From Dimorphilus gyrociliatus (taxonomy: Eukaryota; Animalia; Annelida), in contig CAJFCJ010000015.1 of NCBI GenBank assembly GCA_904063045.1, positions 1,061,034 through 1,125,033 of the forward strand: 64,000 bases of DNA, read 5' to 3'. Both the position numbers and the translations under genes were made by a program. The notes beneath the pieces were generated by a model. It saw only the letters and a list, made by a program, of their open reading frames with translations, was not told the DNA's origin and did not search any database. Of the stretch, positions 35,200-47,778 are shown piece by piece. Numbering within the stretch: position 1 is the stretch's first letter; the number at the start of each line of letters is the position of its first letter.

Positions 35200-35427
35200 A
35201 AAATAATACACTCAATGATATTAAAAGGAATTTCTATAAAATTAATAGAATATTAAGTTAAATTTTCACTTTGGCTCTTTTGGTTAAATTTTAAAGAACT
35301 TTTATTTAGCTAGTTTGAATACGCTACTGAACTATTTTTTATTGCGCAGTCGGTTATTTGGTTCCACCTCCACCGGTAAAGTTCATCAAGCAAAAATTAC
35401 GATAAGACATCATTTTATCATAAATCC
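35200..35427. promoter_or_regulatory. Putative shared bidirectional promoter of HADHB and HADHA
   Basis: About 230 bp separate the probable HADHB non-coding exon (donor near 35093) from the HADHA ATG; a CACGTGAC sits at about 35183. Confidence 0.55.
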
Positions 35428-38400
35428 ATGGCGTCTTCTCAACTTTTAGGAGCCTTAAGAACAATAGGCAAAACCAACCATTTGTCTAAATTGGGTAAAC
35501 ATTAATCTTTAACCAAAATATATCTCTTAATTCAATTTGTTATGAAACTATGAATTTTTTTTAGGCTGGCCGAACCTCTACTATTCCAGAGCATTTTCAG
35601 TATCTTCAAGTCAGTCAAAGTACTTGACCTACAGGGTTGAAGATGGTGTAGCTGTTATTACTTTTGATACACCAAATTCAAAGGTATGTTTTAACATTGT
35701 TTACTAGATTTTGATCTTTGAAAGAATTCTATTTTTAGTCAAAAATTCATTGTATATAAACAGTCAGTATGTCTTTTCTCTAGGTTAACACCCTATCATT
35801 TGAAAATTCTGAAGAATTTAAGCAAATTTTGGAAAAATTTAAGAATGACAACACTGCCAAAGCAGGTGTCCTTATATCTGGTAAACCCGATTGTTTCATC
35901 GCCGGAGCCGATATTAAGTGAGTTAACAAAAATTTTTTTGTCTTTCTTACCGCCTATAAATCACACTTACAAGGGAAAGAAAATAAGAGAAAACATTCTT
36001 TTCAAGAGTTCTTTCGCTTTTTTTTTTTAAAAAAAAAAGAAAGTTCTCAAGTCCTTCTAAGGATAAGAAAAAAAATTGGACAAAAATTTTTGAACTTTTT
36101 TTTTCTATTATCTCAAATCAAAAATTGATAAGAATGATAAATTTTTAATGGAGACTTAATAGTAAAATAGAGACTGGTCAAAGTTCTATGAAAGAGAGTT
36201 CAAAGTTTAAGTAAAAAAATGGTAACATTCTAAAAAAGTAATATAGATAATATCACAAAATAAATAAGATCGAATGTTTTTGAAATGACCTTTGGTAAAT
36301 TATATATATATTAGTATATTTATATTTTTTTACTTGGTAAAAATAGATTAGGTATATGGTTAGTGTTCGACTTATTTGACCTTGTTTCGTTTTTCTTAAA
36401 ACTATTAAAAATTTGTAGATTTTATTGATTTACTAATAGATTGATTAAAAAATAGGCCTATATAACTTTGTTTTTCTTTATCTTTATTAATTGTACAACA
36501 TATAATTGCAATGTATTTTATAGTATGCTACAAGCATGCAAAACAACGGAAGATGTTGAAAAAGTCTCTACAGAGAGTAAAGATATGTTGATGGACGTAG
36601 AAAAGAGCAGCAAACCCATTGTCGCCGCTATTATGGGTCAATGTTTAGGAGGAGGTTTAGAGGTTGCCATGTCTTGTCATTACCGAATTGCTGTTAAAGA
36701 TAAGAAAACAACTCTAGCCTTACCTGAAGTTATGTTAGGCATTCTACCAGGTGCTGGTGGAACCCAAAGACTCCAGAAATTGGTATCTCTACCAAATGCA
36801 CTTGATATGATGCTTACCGGAAAGAACATTCGTCCTGACAAAGCAAAGAAGATGGGTTTAGTTAACCAAACTATTGAACCCCTTGGCCCAGGTGTTGACG
36901 AGCCCAAAGTAAATACTAGAAACTACCTTGAACAAGTAGCAATCCAAACTGCCAAAGGCTTGGCTAATGGATCTATCAAAGTTGCTCCCAGAAAGAAGAG
37001 TATGGTCGATAAAGTTACTGAACGTCTTGTTTCTTACGACTTTGGGAGAAACTATGTTCTTAAACAAGCCAGAGATAAAATCATGAAATTAACATTCGGA
37101 AACTATCCTGCTCCTTTAAAAATATTAGAAGTTATTGATGAATCTTTGAAACACGGTTACGATCAAGGTTATAAGGCTGAAACGAAAAAATTTGGTGAAT
37201 TAGGAACTACTAAGGAATCTAACGCTTTAATGGGTTTGTTTCACGGACAAACTCATTGTAAAAAGAACAGATTTGGTACACCTCCTCCCTTAAAGAAGAT
37301 TGGTGTTTTAGGTGCCGGTCTTATGGGTGCTGGTATTGCTCAAGTTACAATGGATAAGGGTTATTCTACAATTTTGAAGGATGTCTCTGAAGCTGGAGTT
37401 GCTAGAGGTCTCAATCAAATTGAATCTAACTTTAATCAAAAAGTTAAGAGAAAGAGAATGACAAGCTTCGAACGTGATCAACTTTTGGGTCAATTGGACA
37501 CTAGCTTGGATTATAGCAGTTTCAAAGATGCCGATATGGTTATTGAAGCCGTTTTCGAGGATTTAGGTATCAAGCACAAAGTTATTAAAGAAGTTGAAGC
37601 TGTTGTACCAGAGAGATGTGTATTCGCAACAAACACATCAGCTCTACCAATCGAACAAATTGCCAAAGGAAGTAGCCGACCAGAAAAAGTAAAATGAAAT
37701 TAATGCTCCTTTTTTTTAAAGATGAACTATAACAATGTTTTTTTTAGGTTATTGGAATGCATTACTTTTCACCTGTAGACAAAATGCAACTTTTGGAAAT
37801 CATTACCCATAAAGGAACATCAAAGGAGACAACATCAGCAGCTGTAGAACTCGGTCTTAAACAAGGAAAAACTGTTATTACTGTGGGTGATGGGCCAGGA
37901 TTCTACACAACCAGAATTTTATCTTTCATGATGGCTGAGTTACTGAGATTATTCCAAGAAGGTGTTAGACCAAAGCAAGTTGACAAACTTAGTAAGAAGT
38001 TCGGTTGGCCAGTTGGCGCTGCTACCTTAGTTGACGAAGTTGGCATTGATGTCGCTAGTCATATTGGTAGATTCATGAAGGACGAATTTGGAGATCGTTA
38101 TACAGATGCCGATGTCTCTTTTATGGATGACATGGTTGACGGTGGTAATTTGGGAAGAAAATCTGGCAAGGGAGTTTATTTATATCAAAAGGGAAGTAAG
38201 GATAAACCAGAAAATCCTGCTGCAATTGAAATAATGGAAAAAACTAAAATAGAGCCAAAGATGGAGTAAGTTACAAAAATTTCCATTTGTTGCCTAAAAA
38301 AAACATCATTTCAACAAAATATCCCATATCCAGGCTTACCGACGAAAATATCCAATGGCGTTTGGCTAGCCGATTTATTAATGAAGCCGTTCTTTGCTTA

Positions 38401-38701
38401 CAAGAAGGAATTTTGGCCTCACCAATTGACGGAGATGTTGGAGCCGTCTTTGGACTTGGTTTCCCTCCATTTTTCGGAGGTTCGTTAACATACTCATTTT
38501 ATCGTCTGAATTATTTATAAAAATAATATATATGTATATTCTAATTTACCAGGACCTTTCCGTTATTTGGACAATCACGGAGCCAAGCAACTAGTTGAAA
38601 GAATGGAAAGATTCCAAGCAGTTTATGGAGATGCATTCAAACCTTGCGACTTACTCTACGATCATGCCAAGGATTCTTCAAAGAGATTCCGTTCAGATTA
38701 G
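35428..38701 (+). CDS. HADHA: Mitochondrial trifunctional enzyme alpha subunit (canonical copy)
   Basis: Seven exons (35428-35494, 35565-35683, 35784-35917, 36524-37688, 37748-38265, 38334-38479, 38553-38701). Leader [55 protein letters not shown]. Confidence 0.96.
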
Positions 38702-39529
38702 AACATTATTTGTAAAACTTCTGGCAAGTGAATTAGCAATGCAATTTAGAATAAAAATAAACTTTTCTCCATTGTGTAATAAGATTATAACTTCTACACG
38801 AAAATTATGATTAATAAGGGGAATAAAAACTTTTTTCTTTTGTACATAAAAATTTCGTTTCCTAGTGATAAAACACACCCTACATATTTTCAATAGGCGA
38901 GTATCGCATAGGAATAATTAATGCCTAATTATTCATCATCAATAAGGATTAAAAGTTGTTCTTTGTCTTGTATTTATGCATACAAAAATTGTATACAACT
39001 CGTCCAGCCAACAATAACAAACGTTATTGGAAAAGGTAAAAATTTTCAGGGATTATCCAACATTTGCAATAAAGAGAACAAAATAAACAATGAAGCTACA
39101 CAAAATGAGACAAATTTTTTCTTTTTTGCTTTAACTCTTTGACATATTTGCAAAGTAATAATAATTAATAATGATTTTGATACCCTACAAAGAATCTTTA
39201 TAGGGTGAACACAGTATAAGAAAAACGCACTAAACTCTATGTTTTTGTCACACAAATTGATGATTGGTAAATTTCATTTTAGGTAGAAGAGATCCAAAAG
39301 ATTATCATATAACGAAGGGCTCATGGTATCTTTGCTTTGTTTTCAATTGCCTTGTAATATTTATTATTTTGCTTATTTAATATCTAATAAATCAGTGAAA
39401 CTGTTGAGTGGAGGACTATTTGGAATATTTTCAACATTATACTATCATCTTGAAAGAGACAGAGTATATTGTATAGAGATTTGAATAGAGGTAAATATTA
39501 TCTGTGGTCTATAGAGATATAATTATAGA

Positions 39530-41820
39530 TCAGCTAGGTCTACAAGGATAGGTAGCTCTCTGATCCTCATCACTTTCTTGTCTTTCCAAATATCTTATAC
39601 TCTGCCCCATACTAAGCAGCATTGTTTCTAGTGGATCAGAATTCATTCGCTTTTGATTTTCACTTGCAACCTTATCACTGTCAGTAATCAAATATTTATT
39701 TTCTTCATTTTCCGATAGCGGACCCCATAGCTTTACAACAGGATCTATACCAGAACTAGCAAGAAGACATGTGTAGGGATGTGGTTGTAAACAATTAACA
39801 ATGGAATCATCTCCTGAAAGGGTAATAAGTTGATTTTCAGTTTTCCTATCCCAAATAAATATTTTCGCATCGTCCGATCCAGCCATAACAAATTGTCCAC
39901 TCGAGCCCCAAAAATTGACTTCTTTTATATCTGTAGTAGTATTGCAATGACCGCAATAACGATTCTGGAAATCAATTGATTTATTTCTCCATACTGTTTC
40001 TTGTTTATTCAGTTTACAAAATTCATCTTCTGACTTCCTCCTTCTTCTCGGTTCTTTTTCAGCCTCCTTTTTAGCCGTATTAATATCCTTTCGAAGTGAC
40101 TCAAAAAGTGGTCCAGCTTCACTTTTTACGTATTTTTTAAAGACAGCATCTGTCCATTCTTCCGCCTCCTTATGCCATCCAAGAGTAAGAAGAATCTTTG
40201 CTATTTTAAAGTAAGCTTTTTTAAGCGTTTTATCTAGGGTTAATGCTTTAACACAGTCTCTTAAACCAGAATATAGATCCCCATTCCAATCACGATTCAT
40301 GAGAGCTGTAGCTCTGTTACAATATAAAATAGGAGTTGATGGCGAGAGTTTTATGGCTTCATTGTACAATCTTATAGCTTTGGAATATTCCTTGATGGAA
40401 TTCTGCCTATCCGCTTCCTCTTTTAGAGAATTACTCTTCAATGTAACGTGCTTCATTTTCATGAGAGAATTCAACTCAAATTTCTCATCATTATCAATAG
40501 GACTAAAGCATTTTTCCCTTAAATTTCCAACTTTTAAAAGAATATCCTCACTTTGGTCCTTCGTATTAAACAAATAAACTTGTTCACCTCCCAAATTCAC
40601 TAATAATTCTTGACCATTCGGACTAAAAGTTAAGTACGTAATGGTTAAGTTTTTCCCCCTTCTACAGCAACCGTCATCCTAAAATAATAATAAAAATAAA
40701 ACAATTAAATTGATTTAATAAAATACGAAACTGACGCTATCATATTATAAATTATTACATCAGGTAATTTTAATACATTTTCAACACGTATATATAAAGT
40801 TGTAATAAAAAATGTAATTTTTTGATAGAAAAAAATTGAGTAGTTTAATATACTTAAATAATGGGCAATGACCTTTTATGACCGTTAGAAAGGATTTTCA
40901 TTTAAAATCCGAAAAAATATTCAAGTCAAACTTGTGGGCGATAATACAAGCTTAGTTGAAAATATCTATCTTCTATAGATATGAAATTAAAAAAGTAAAT
41001 TTACCTCCATTAGATGTCTTGGTACAAAATAACTAACAGCATTTTCATCTATTTTATAACTATCGGAATTTATAAGATTATCAGAATAACTTTTGCTGAA
41101 AGAGGCAGTATTTCTTGGGAGATCAAAGTTATATTTTTTAAGTTTTCGTCTGTCATAAATCCGAGCAAACGGGTCATTCGCACCAACAGCCAACTCATAA
41201 GGTTTCAGGGGATTAATATTGATACTTTTCACTTCGCTTTTTATATTACAATAAGCACTTAAGTTAATTAGTACAGTTTTATGAGAATCATCTTTATAAT
41301 TGCATCTCAAATCAAATTCCATTACTGTCCCATCTTCCGACCCACTCCAAAAAATATCTCTTTCGAGTGGTGCTGTTGCCAACCTTTTCACTCTGTTTTG
41401 ATGTTCAGAAAAAATCCTAACTGTTTCGCCAATGTAGGCGTCATGAACATTAATATTGTGATCAGCAGCTCCACTTATAATTGTATTGTCTGAAGTTTCA
41501 GGCATAAACTTTACGGAAAAAATATTCCCTGTATGAGCAGTTGTCATTGAATTCAACATGCGATATCTAAATGGATCCCACAATTTAATTGTATAATCAT
41601 CTGAACCACTTGCAAGAACATCTCCTGTGCTATTCCACTCTAAACAATTGACACATCCTTTATGGCCTTCTAGTTCAGTTTTAAGTCCAATTTTCTTAAT
41701 CAAGGAATGATTGATAATACTTGAGCGTTGAAATTTTCTAGCATATCTACTTGATTCTTCTCTTCTTTGACATTTTTCAACAAAATTGAAGTTCATAGAC
41801 GACATTACGCCCAAGTCCAA
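39530..41820 (-). CDS. WDTC1: WD and tetratricopeptide repeat protein 1 (Adipose/DCAF9)
   Basis: Two exons (intron 40679-41004). ELEGHKGCVNCLEWN..LASGSDD, TFSPNGQELLVNLGGEQVYLF, TPR (LYCNRATAL..R.W.GD.YSGLRDC), RYCGHCNTTTDIKE, SIVNCLQPHP..LASSGID. Confidence 0.93.
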
Positions 41821-42212
41821 ATATCAAAACAAAATGGTTTTTAAACCGGAAGCTATGAACCGGAAACCACAGAACGATTGTAAGTGCTTTCCCCTACCCT
41901 TCTATAATTTCAAAAACTCATTTTATTCAACAAAATTTTTAAACTATTTGAAAAAAATCTACTTTTTAACAATTGAATATGATAATCTATAAAATGAGAT
42001 TAATTATAGAAAATTTTAGACCTGCCATCTATCGGAGGGTTCTAAAATTCGAACTACATATTAAATATATTGTAGAAGTGCCGGGATTATTAAAATTTAT
42101 AATTAATTTCTATAAAAAAATTAAAATTATGAATAACTCATTTATTGAAATCAGTTTTGGTTTCATGGTGTGTAGACATTTTTAAATTCTTATACAATCA
42201 ATTCAACATTTA

Positions 42213-44877
42213 TCATGAAGCAAACAATGATCCGAAACATGATGTAGCAATGTCATTATTATAAGTAATAATACCGCCAACAAAATCTTTATCTGGTTTT
42301 CTCAGAAGAACGAACGGTAAATTGTTAACATCCCGAACAACATTACCAGTGTCAGCATAGGTCGTGGTTTCCTTAATATCCAATTTATTTGGCGGGATAG
42401 GACATATTCCGCAAAATCCCATAGAAATTAATAAAGATTTAACATATCTGGGAAGTATAAGTTGCTTTTTGCCTCTTGTTATAGCAACATACAATAAGTT
42501 TATATCATCATTTGTTACATCACCATCGTCCAATGACAAATCTTCATTAACTTCAACACAGTTGAATTCTAGGCCTTTCGCTTTGTGAACTGTACCAATA
42601 ATAATATCTGCATTTTTCTCGGAATAGTGTGCGTATTGCTTTAAATTAGCAAGGTGTTTTGGTAGTTCGGCGTAATTCCTCTTTACAATTTGAATCTTAC
42701 CGATTAAATCAGCATCAGAAACTTTTATAGCAAATTTCTCAAATTCAAAAAATGATTCAAATCGTTTTATAAGGCCATGCCTGATTTCTCGCCTCTCTCG
42801 TCTAACATCTGCTGGCAATGTTAATAAATATATATCCTCAATGACATCTAAACCAAAATTTTGTAAGCCACCCAGTATAGAAACGGTTGGCCTTTCACAA
42901 TCATAGACTAATTTAGTGGCGATATCGAAAACCGTGAAATTATATCTACATAATATAGTTCTTTTTGCTTTTGGGTTTGTAACAAATTCCATATCTGTTG
43001 GATTGTAAGAATGTTGTAGTTCTGATATTGCTAGTTCATCTGAATTAGGAGATCGAATTGAGCAAATCTGAGAGCCTCCAACTAAAATTTTTTGGCGAAC
43101 GTTTTTTAATGAATACAGACAGCAATGAGCTGCATACGCTATTTCTGAACCAAATCTAAATGATTGAGTTAAATAAAAAGTTTTATGGGCATTTATAATT
43201 CCCAAAGCATTAATAGCACCTCTGAAAGAGTAAATCTGCTGATGGGGATCGCCCACTAGAATTTTAGCAGGAATCGTTTGGTCGGTTATTACTTTCAACA
43301 GGCACGGAGTTGAGTCCTGAGCTTCATCAACTAATATTACGTCATAACGATTAAGCCTGGGTTTCTGTAATTGCCAAGCCTTCATATATCCATCGTGATT
43401 CATTTTGCACGAATAATCATCGATATCTAACATTTTTTTCCAATATAGATCTGCATCATAAACAAGATTATGCTTATCTTCCTCAGTTACACATTTTCCA
43501 TTTTCAGGATCTACATTAGTAACATGTGTAGGGATGTGTTCTGTTGTTATACGCTCATCATCTGATGCAAAAAATGCATGAAGAGTTTCTGAAATCCATT
43601 TTGCTCTAACAAATATACTAAAGCCTTTTCTAGCTGGAACTGCATCGAGAATATCTTGCACTCTGATCGAGCCAAACGTCAGCTTTTTTGCATAACGAAA
43701 ACCAGTATGACGATAGGCAATTGCATGGCCAGTTTTAACTTCCACATTTTTTGGGAAAAGCGTTTTAGCATGTTCCGCAACACCCCTTTTAGAAGGATAA
43801 AAAGAGATATAGCTATGGTACATTAATTGTAATATAGACTTACTTGTTGAAAACAATTAGTAGAAAACTTAAGTTGGGTCTTAGTTGTGTATATCGAAGT
43901 AGAGTTGTAGTTTTTCCTGTTCCTGCGAAGGCAATTATTTTAGCCATCAGTCCTCTGTCTGGATTGAACGAACAAATTTGAAGCTGTTCATGGGTCAGCC
44001 TAAGTTTGCTACTACTTGATGCATATTTTGTAATTGTTTGTTGACCAGAATGAGAATAAGCAAGACTAAGATCATCTATCGTTGCTTGGAATTCATTTTC
44101 AAACATATAGATAGCATAATATATATTGTAATGAATTATATGAATGTTATTATCAACATGACAGTTCCTCAATAAAACAAGACTGTGAAATGCCAGATTA
44201 TAAAAGTAATTCAATAGTATTGGCAGGTGAATTGAAGTTGATGAAAGTTTTGTCAGAATATAAAGTATCTTATTCATACCATCACTGAACATTATTATAT
44301 AGGTCAGTATTTTCCAAATATCTTCAGTGCTTTTTAAAAGCTTACAAACGGCTTCATAAATTTCAATTTTCTTAATTACTTGAACAAAATCTGACTTTAC
44401 TGTATATCTTGGTACACATTGAGCACAGTAGTTAATCCAATTGACAGAATCTTGCTTTCCTTCAATAACGTCTTTAACTTCTTTATTGTCTTCAGCCGTT
44501 ATATATCCTTTTAGATATTTAAAGTAAAGTTTTTTGTATTTCATATATTCAGGTTGATTAATAATATCATACATTCGTTTGTTTGTTTGTGATAAACTAA
44601 TAATGTCTATAATAGACAAGGTGCAGGCTATATTTTCCCAAACTTCAATTGGAAACTCTTTAACTACTTTCTCCTCCTTCAGAATAATAACGTCATCATC
44701 AGCTTTGATATTCTTTTTCGGTTTACACAAATTACTTGCACTTTCAAACATCTTTGAAGAAACTTGTCTTTTGGCAGATTGAAACGAAGGATAATTAGAT
44801 TTACGCTTTTTGGATTTTGATTGGTCAGCCCTTTGAAACTCAAAACCGCCAAAGACCATTTTATTATTCTTGCTCAT
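42213..44877 (-). CDS. FBH1: F-box DNA helicase 1 (UvrD family)
   Basis: The two listed ORFs join through a 58-nt intron (43786-43843). F-box FPIEVWENI, AFAGTGKTTTL, ILVDEAQD, VGDPHQQIYSFRGA, LTQSFRFG, TVHKAKGLEF, NLLYVAITR. Confidence 0.93.
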
Positions 44878-45865
44878 AATGATAAGTGACTTGTTGAGGA
44901 GATTTTCTTTTGAAAGGAAAAATGGCAAACAACTGTCTAAAGTCTTTACAATAGCAACTTCTAGGAGAATATGATCATGAGGCTTAAAAACAACTTTTCT
45001 TCTAATGTAAAGAACAATCTGATATATTTTTTCAAGAAAATGATCAGGATAATTTTCTATTAATATTAATTATACTCCAAAATACCTGAATAGGATTAGA
45101 ACAATCTTGACATAGATCTATGCATTATTTTATTTTTACATGAAGAATATTCAAATTATTGCCAAAAAACCCCCCATTATACCAGTAACAACACGAATCC
45201 ATATTACTTTTTTAAACTGGCTCGTGTCGTGTAACAAGTAAGTAAACGTAAATAGGTTGGAAAATGTGAAACAGTTAGATTCGATAGAATTTGAAAACTT
45301 TTGTTAGTATTTGTTAGCATTTATTTAAAAAAAATTGTGTATAGGCTGTGTATTACAGAATCTTCTCTCATTTTTTCACATTGTTAAACTGGGTTTCTGG
45401 TAGTCTAGATGAAGAAAGTGTAAACTGAAAATAGGCCTTATTACTCATATTATCTAAGTATCTGATAACGTATATTAAAAAATTATTAACCAGCTGATGA
45501 ATAGTCGTGTGATAATTTTTCAAATATTTATTTTAATTGATTAGACTAGACCTAAACTTGGTAAGTATCAATTTTTTTTTATAAAAAAAATGCAATGACA
45601 GATAAATGACACGATGATTTTTGTCCTTGAATGTATAAAATAAAACAAAATTCCATTATAAGTGAAGATTAATTTTTATTATCCACTACAAGAAGAGAGA
45701 TAACAGGTAACCATCTTAAATATAGCTGACAATTTATAGAATTTAATTAGTCTGTACAAGTAATTGTGATCATGAAAATAGGCATCTTCCTTTTTTAACA
45801 AAATATTTATAAAGTTAAAATGATTCCTTAGAAAAGGTAGTCTCTATAAAATAACATTCAGGGTT

Positions 45866-47146
45866 CTATTTCTTTTTCTTTGCCCTACTTAGCGCAGTTT
45901 GCAACAAAGCATCAAATTCCGAATTCGTATTCAATGTATGACGATAGGTTGAATTGACTTTAGTCATTTCTTCTTCTTCCTTTTTATTACCGTCTGAAAA
46001 CGATTATTATGAATTTTGTATAAATTTATTGATAGAATTAATTGATTTATACTAATATTTGTTACCTAAATCTGCATATTCTGCTGTACAAAATTGTCTT
46101 CTTCCCCCAAAGCAAATATCAAATTTTTCCATTCCTTCACAACTTGAGGCTTCTATTAAAGTATTGAATACAATATAGTTGAGAAACTAGTTTAATATTG
46201 AATTGACACACTTACTCTCAACAGCGTTAAATGCTGCCTCCCTTGAAAAGAATATCACAAAGCCATAGTTATCACTGTTAAAGTTAAATTCGAAAAGACA
46301 TTTTTATGGAGAGACTCATGAATAAATTCAAGGATATTACCCGCACTCCCGTATATGAATACTACATCGTTCAATTTTTCCAAACTGTTCAAAGTTCTTT
46401 CTCAAATCTTTTTTCGTGAATGTTCTTGGTAATCTTCCAACGTATACAATTCGTCTTTCTCTCTGTTAATTTAGAAATGAGAGGATTAGTTTCTTCTTTA
46501 TTAAATAAATTAAGAATATTCTGTATACAATTTGATCCAGTTTCTTTTTCTTACGCTCTTCATTAACAGGTTGTCTGTTAGAATCAGTTTCCACCTGTAA
46601 AGAACTACTCCTTGATATGGAGTGAATAGACGATGACGATGATTGACTTAATGGATTATTGTCATTGCACTGTTCGAAAGATGAATCTACTAGAGATATG
46701 TTTGCAGATCCAGGATCTGGTGAAGAAGATCTTGAAGAGAGAAGTGAAATAGGGTCATCAAAGTCGCACTCGTCAAACTTTGTACTATTTGTAAAATCAG
46801 AATGATAGGCCGGCAGTTTATTGTGTAAGTCCATCGGCTCTGGTGATGGATCGCGTTGCACAAGAAGCACATCGTTATCTTCGATAACAGGTATTTTTGC
46901 TTCAATCATTAGTCTTTCGGTAGGTTTAGATAGTATTCTTAAATAATTGGGAACCTTGTCAAACAACGGTTCCATTTCTTTTAAAGGAGGTGTACGTGCA
47001 CGCCGGGGGCGCCTACTTTTAGGCGGTACGAAAGACGTTCCCGCTGCTCCACTCAGGATCATATCGGATGTAACATCCTCATCCTCCTCAAAAGCAAGAT
47101 GCATCTGTGGTTGTTCATATTGAACGATGTCACGCTTTTCTTCCAT
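45866..47146 (-). CDS. PPRC1: PGC-1 family (PPRC1/Spargel-like) RRM protein, about 337 aa
   Basis: Five exons (47146-46529, 46462-46341, 46274-46216, 46152-46066, 45993-45866): Ser-rich region, ERRIVYVG.., G|DNYGFV, FDICFGGRRQFC..YADL|D and EFDALLQTA, the diagnostic PGC-1 C-terminus. Confidence 0.85.
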
Positions 47147-47778
47147 GTCCGACCAGCAGAGATCGTTATTTTAAAAAATGCGTCACATATGCTTGATTGA
47201 TTGTGAGGTGGCGCTGCCTGTGGTGGAGAGTAAAGTTGTGATTTCTGAAATAGTAGACAGGAACCACATTGTATAAATCTGGTTCCTGTAAAATTTTTAT
47301 TCAACTTTTTGTGAAAATTGCTAATTTTACCATTAAAATTTTTGTAATAAAAAATTATAGTTAAACACAATTAAGAAAATACCATTTAAAAAAAATCCAG
47401 GTTGGAAATTACCATAAAACCCTTAAATCTTGATTGAAATGAGGAATTATTTATAAAATGAGATATGCTAAATAAAAACACAATGTAATTAGTGAAAAGT
47501 GTGCTTTGATCTGCTAAAATTTTTTATTTAAATCATTAATATTAATTTAAACATAAAGTTTTTTTAAGTCTATTTCTTTAAAAATTAGCTCTTCTAAATA
47601 AAGCTAAAGGGCTAAAACTCTGCAAAAATATTCATTAAAAGCATTAATAAAATATAATATTGAATTATTCAAGTAATAAAATATATTTTTACATTCAAAT
47701 CCGTAAATTGACATTTAAATAAATTTATTGGCGCCTATTCACTTTCTCAATAGGCTTTCGCATGCGACGCATGAGGAA

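Noticed and set aside
46328-46340. ATATCCTT near a PGC-1 donor, resembling a U12 5' splice site
   Set aside because: Using it creates an in-frame stop; the ordinary GT-AG splice gives the conserved G|DNYGF.
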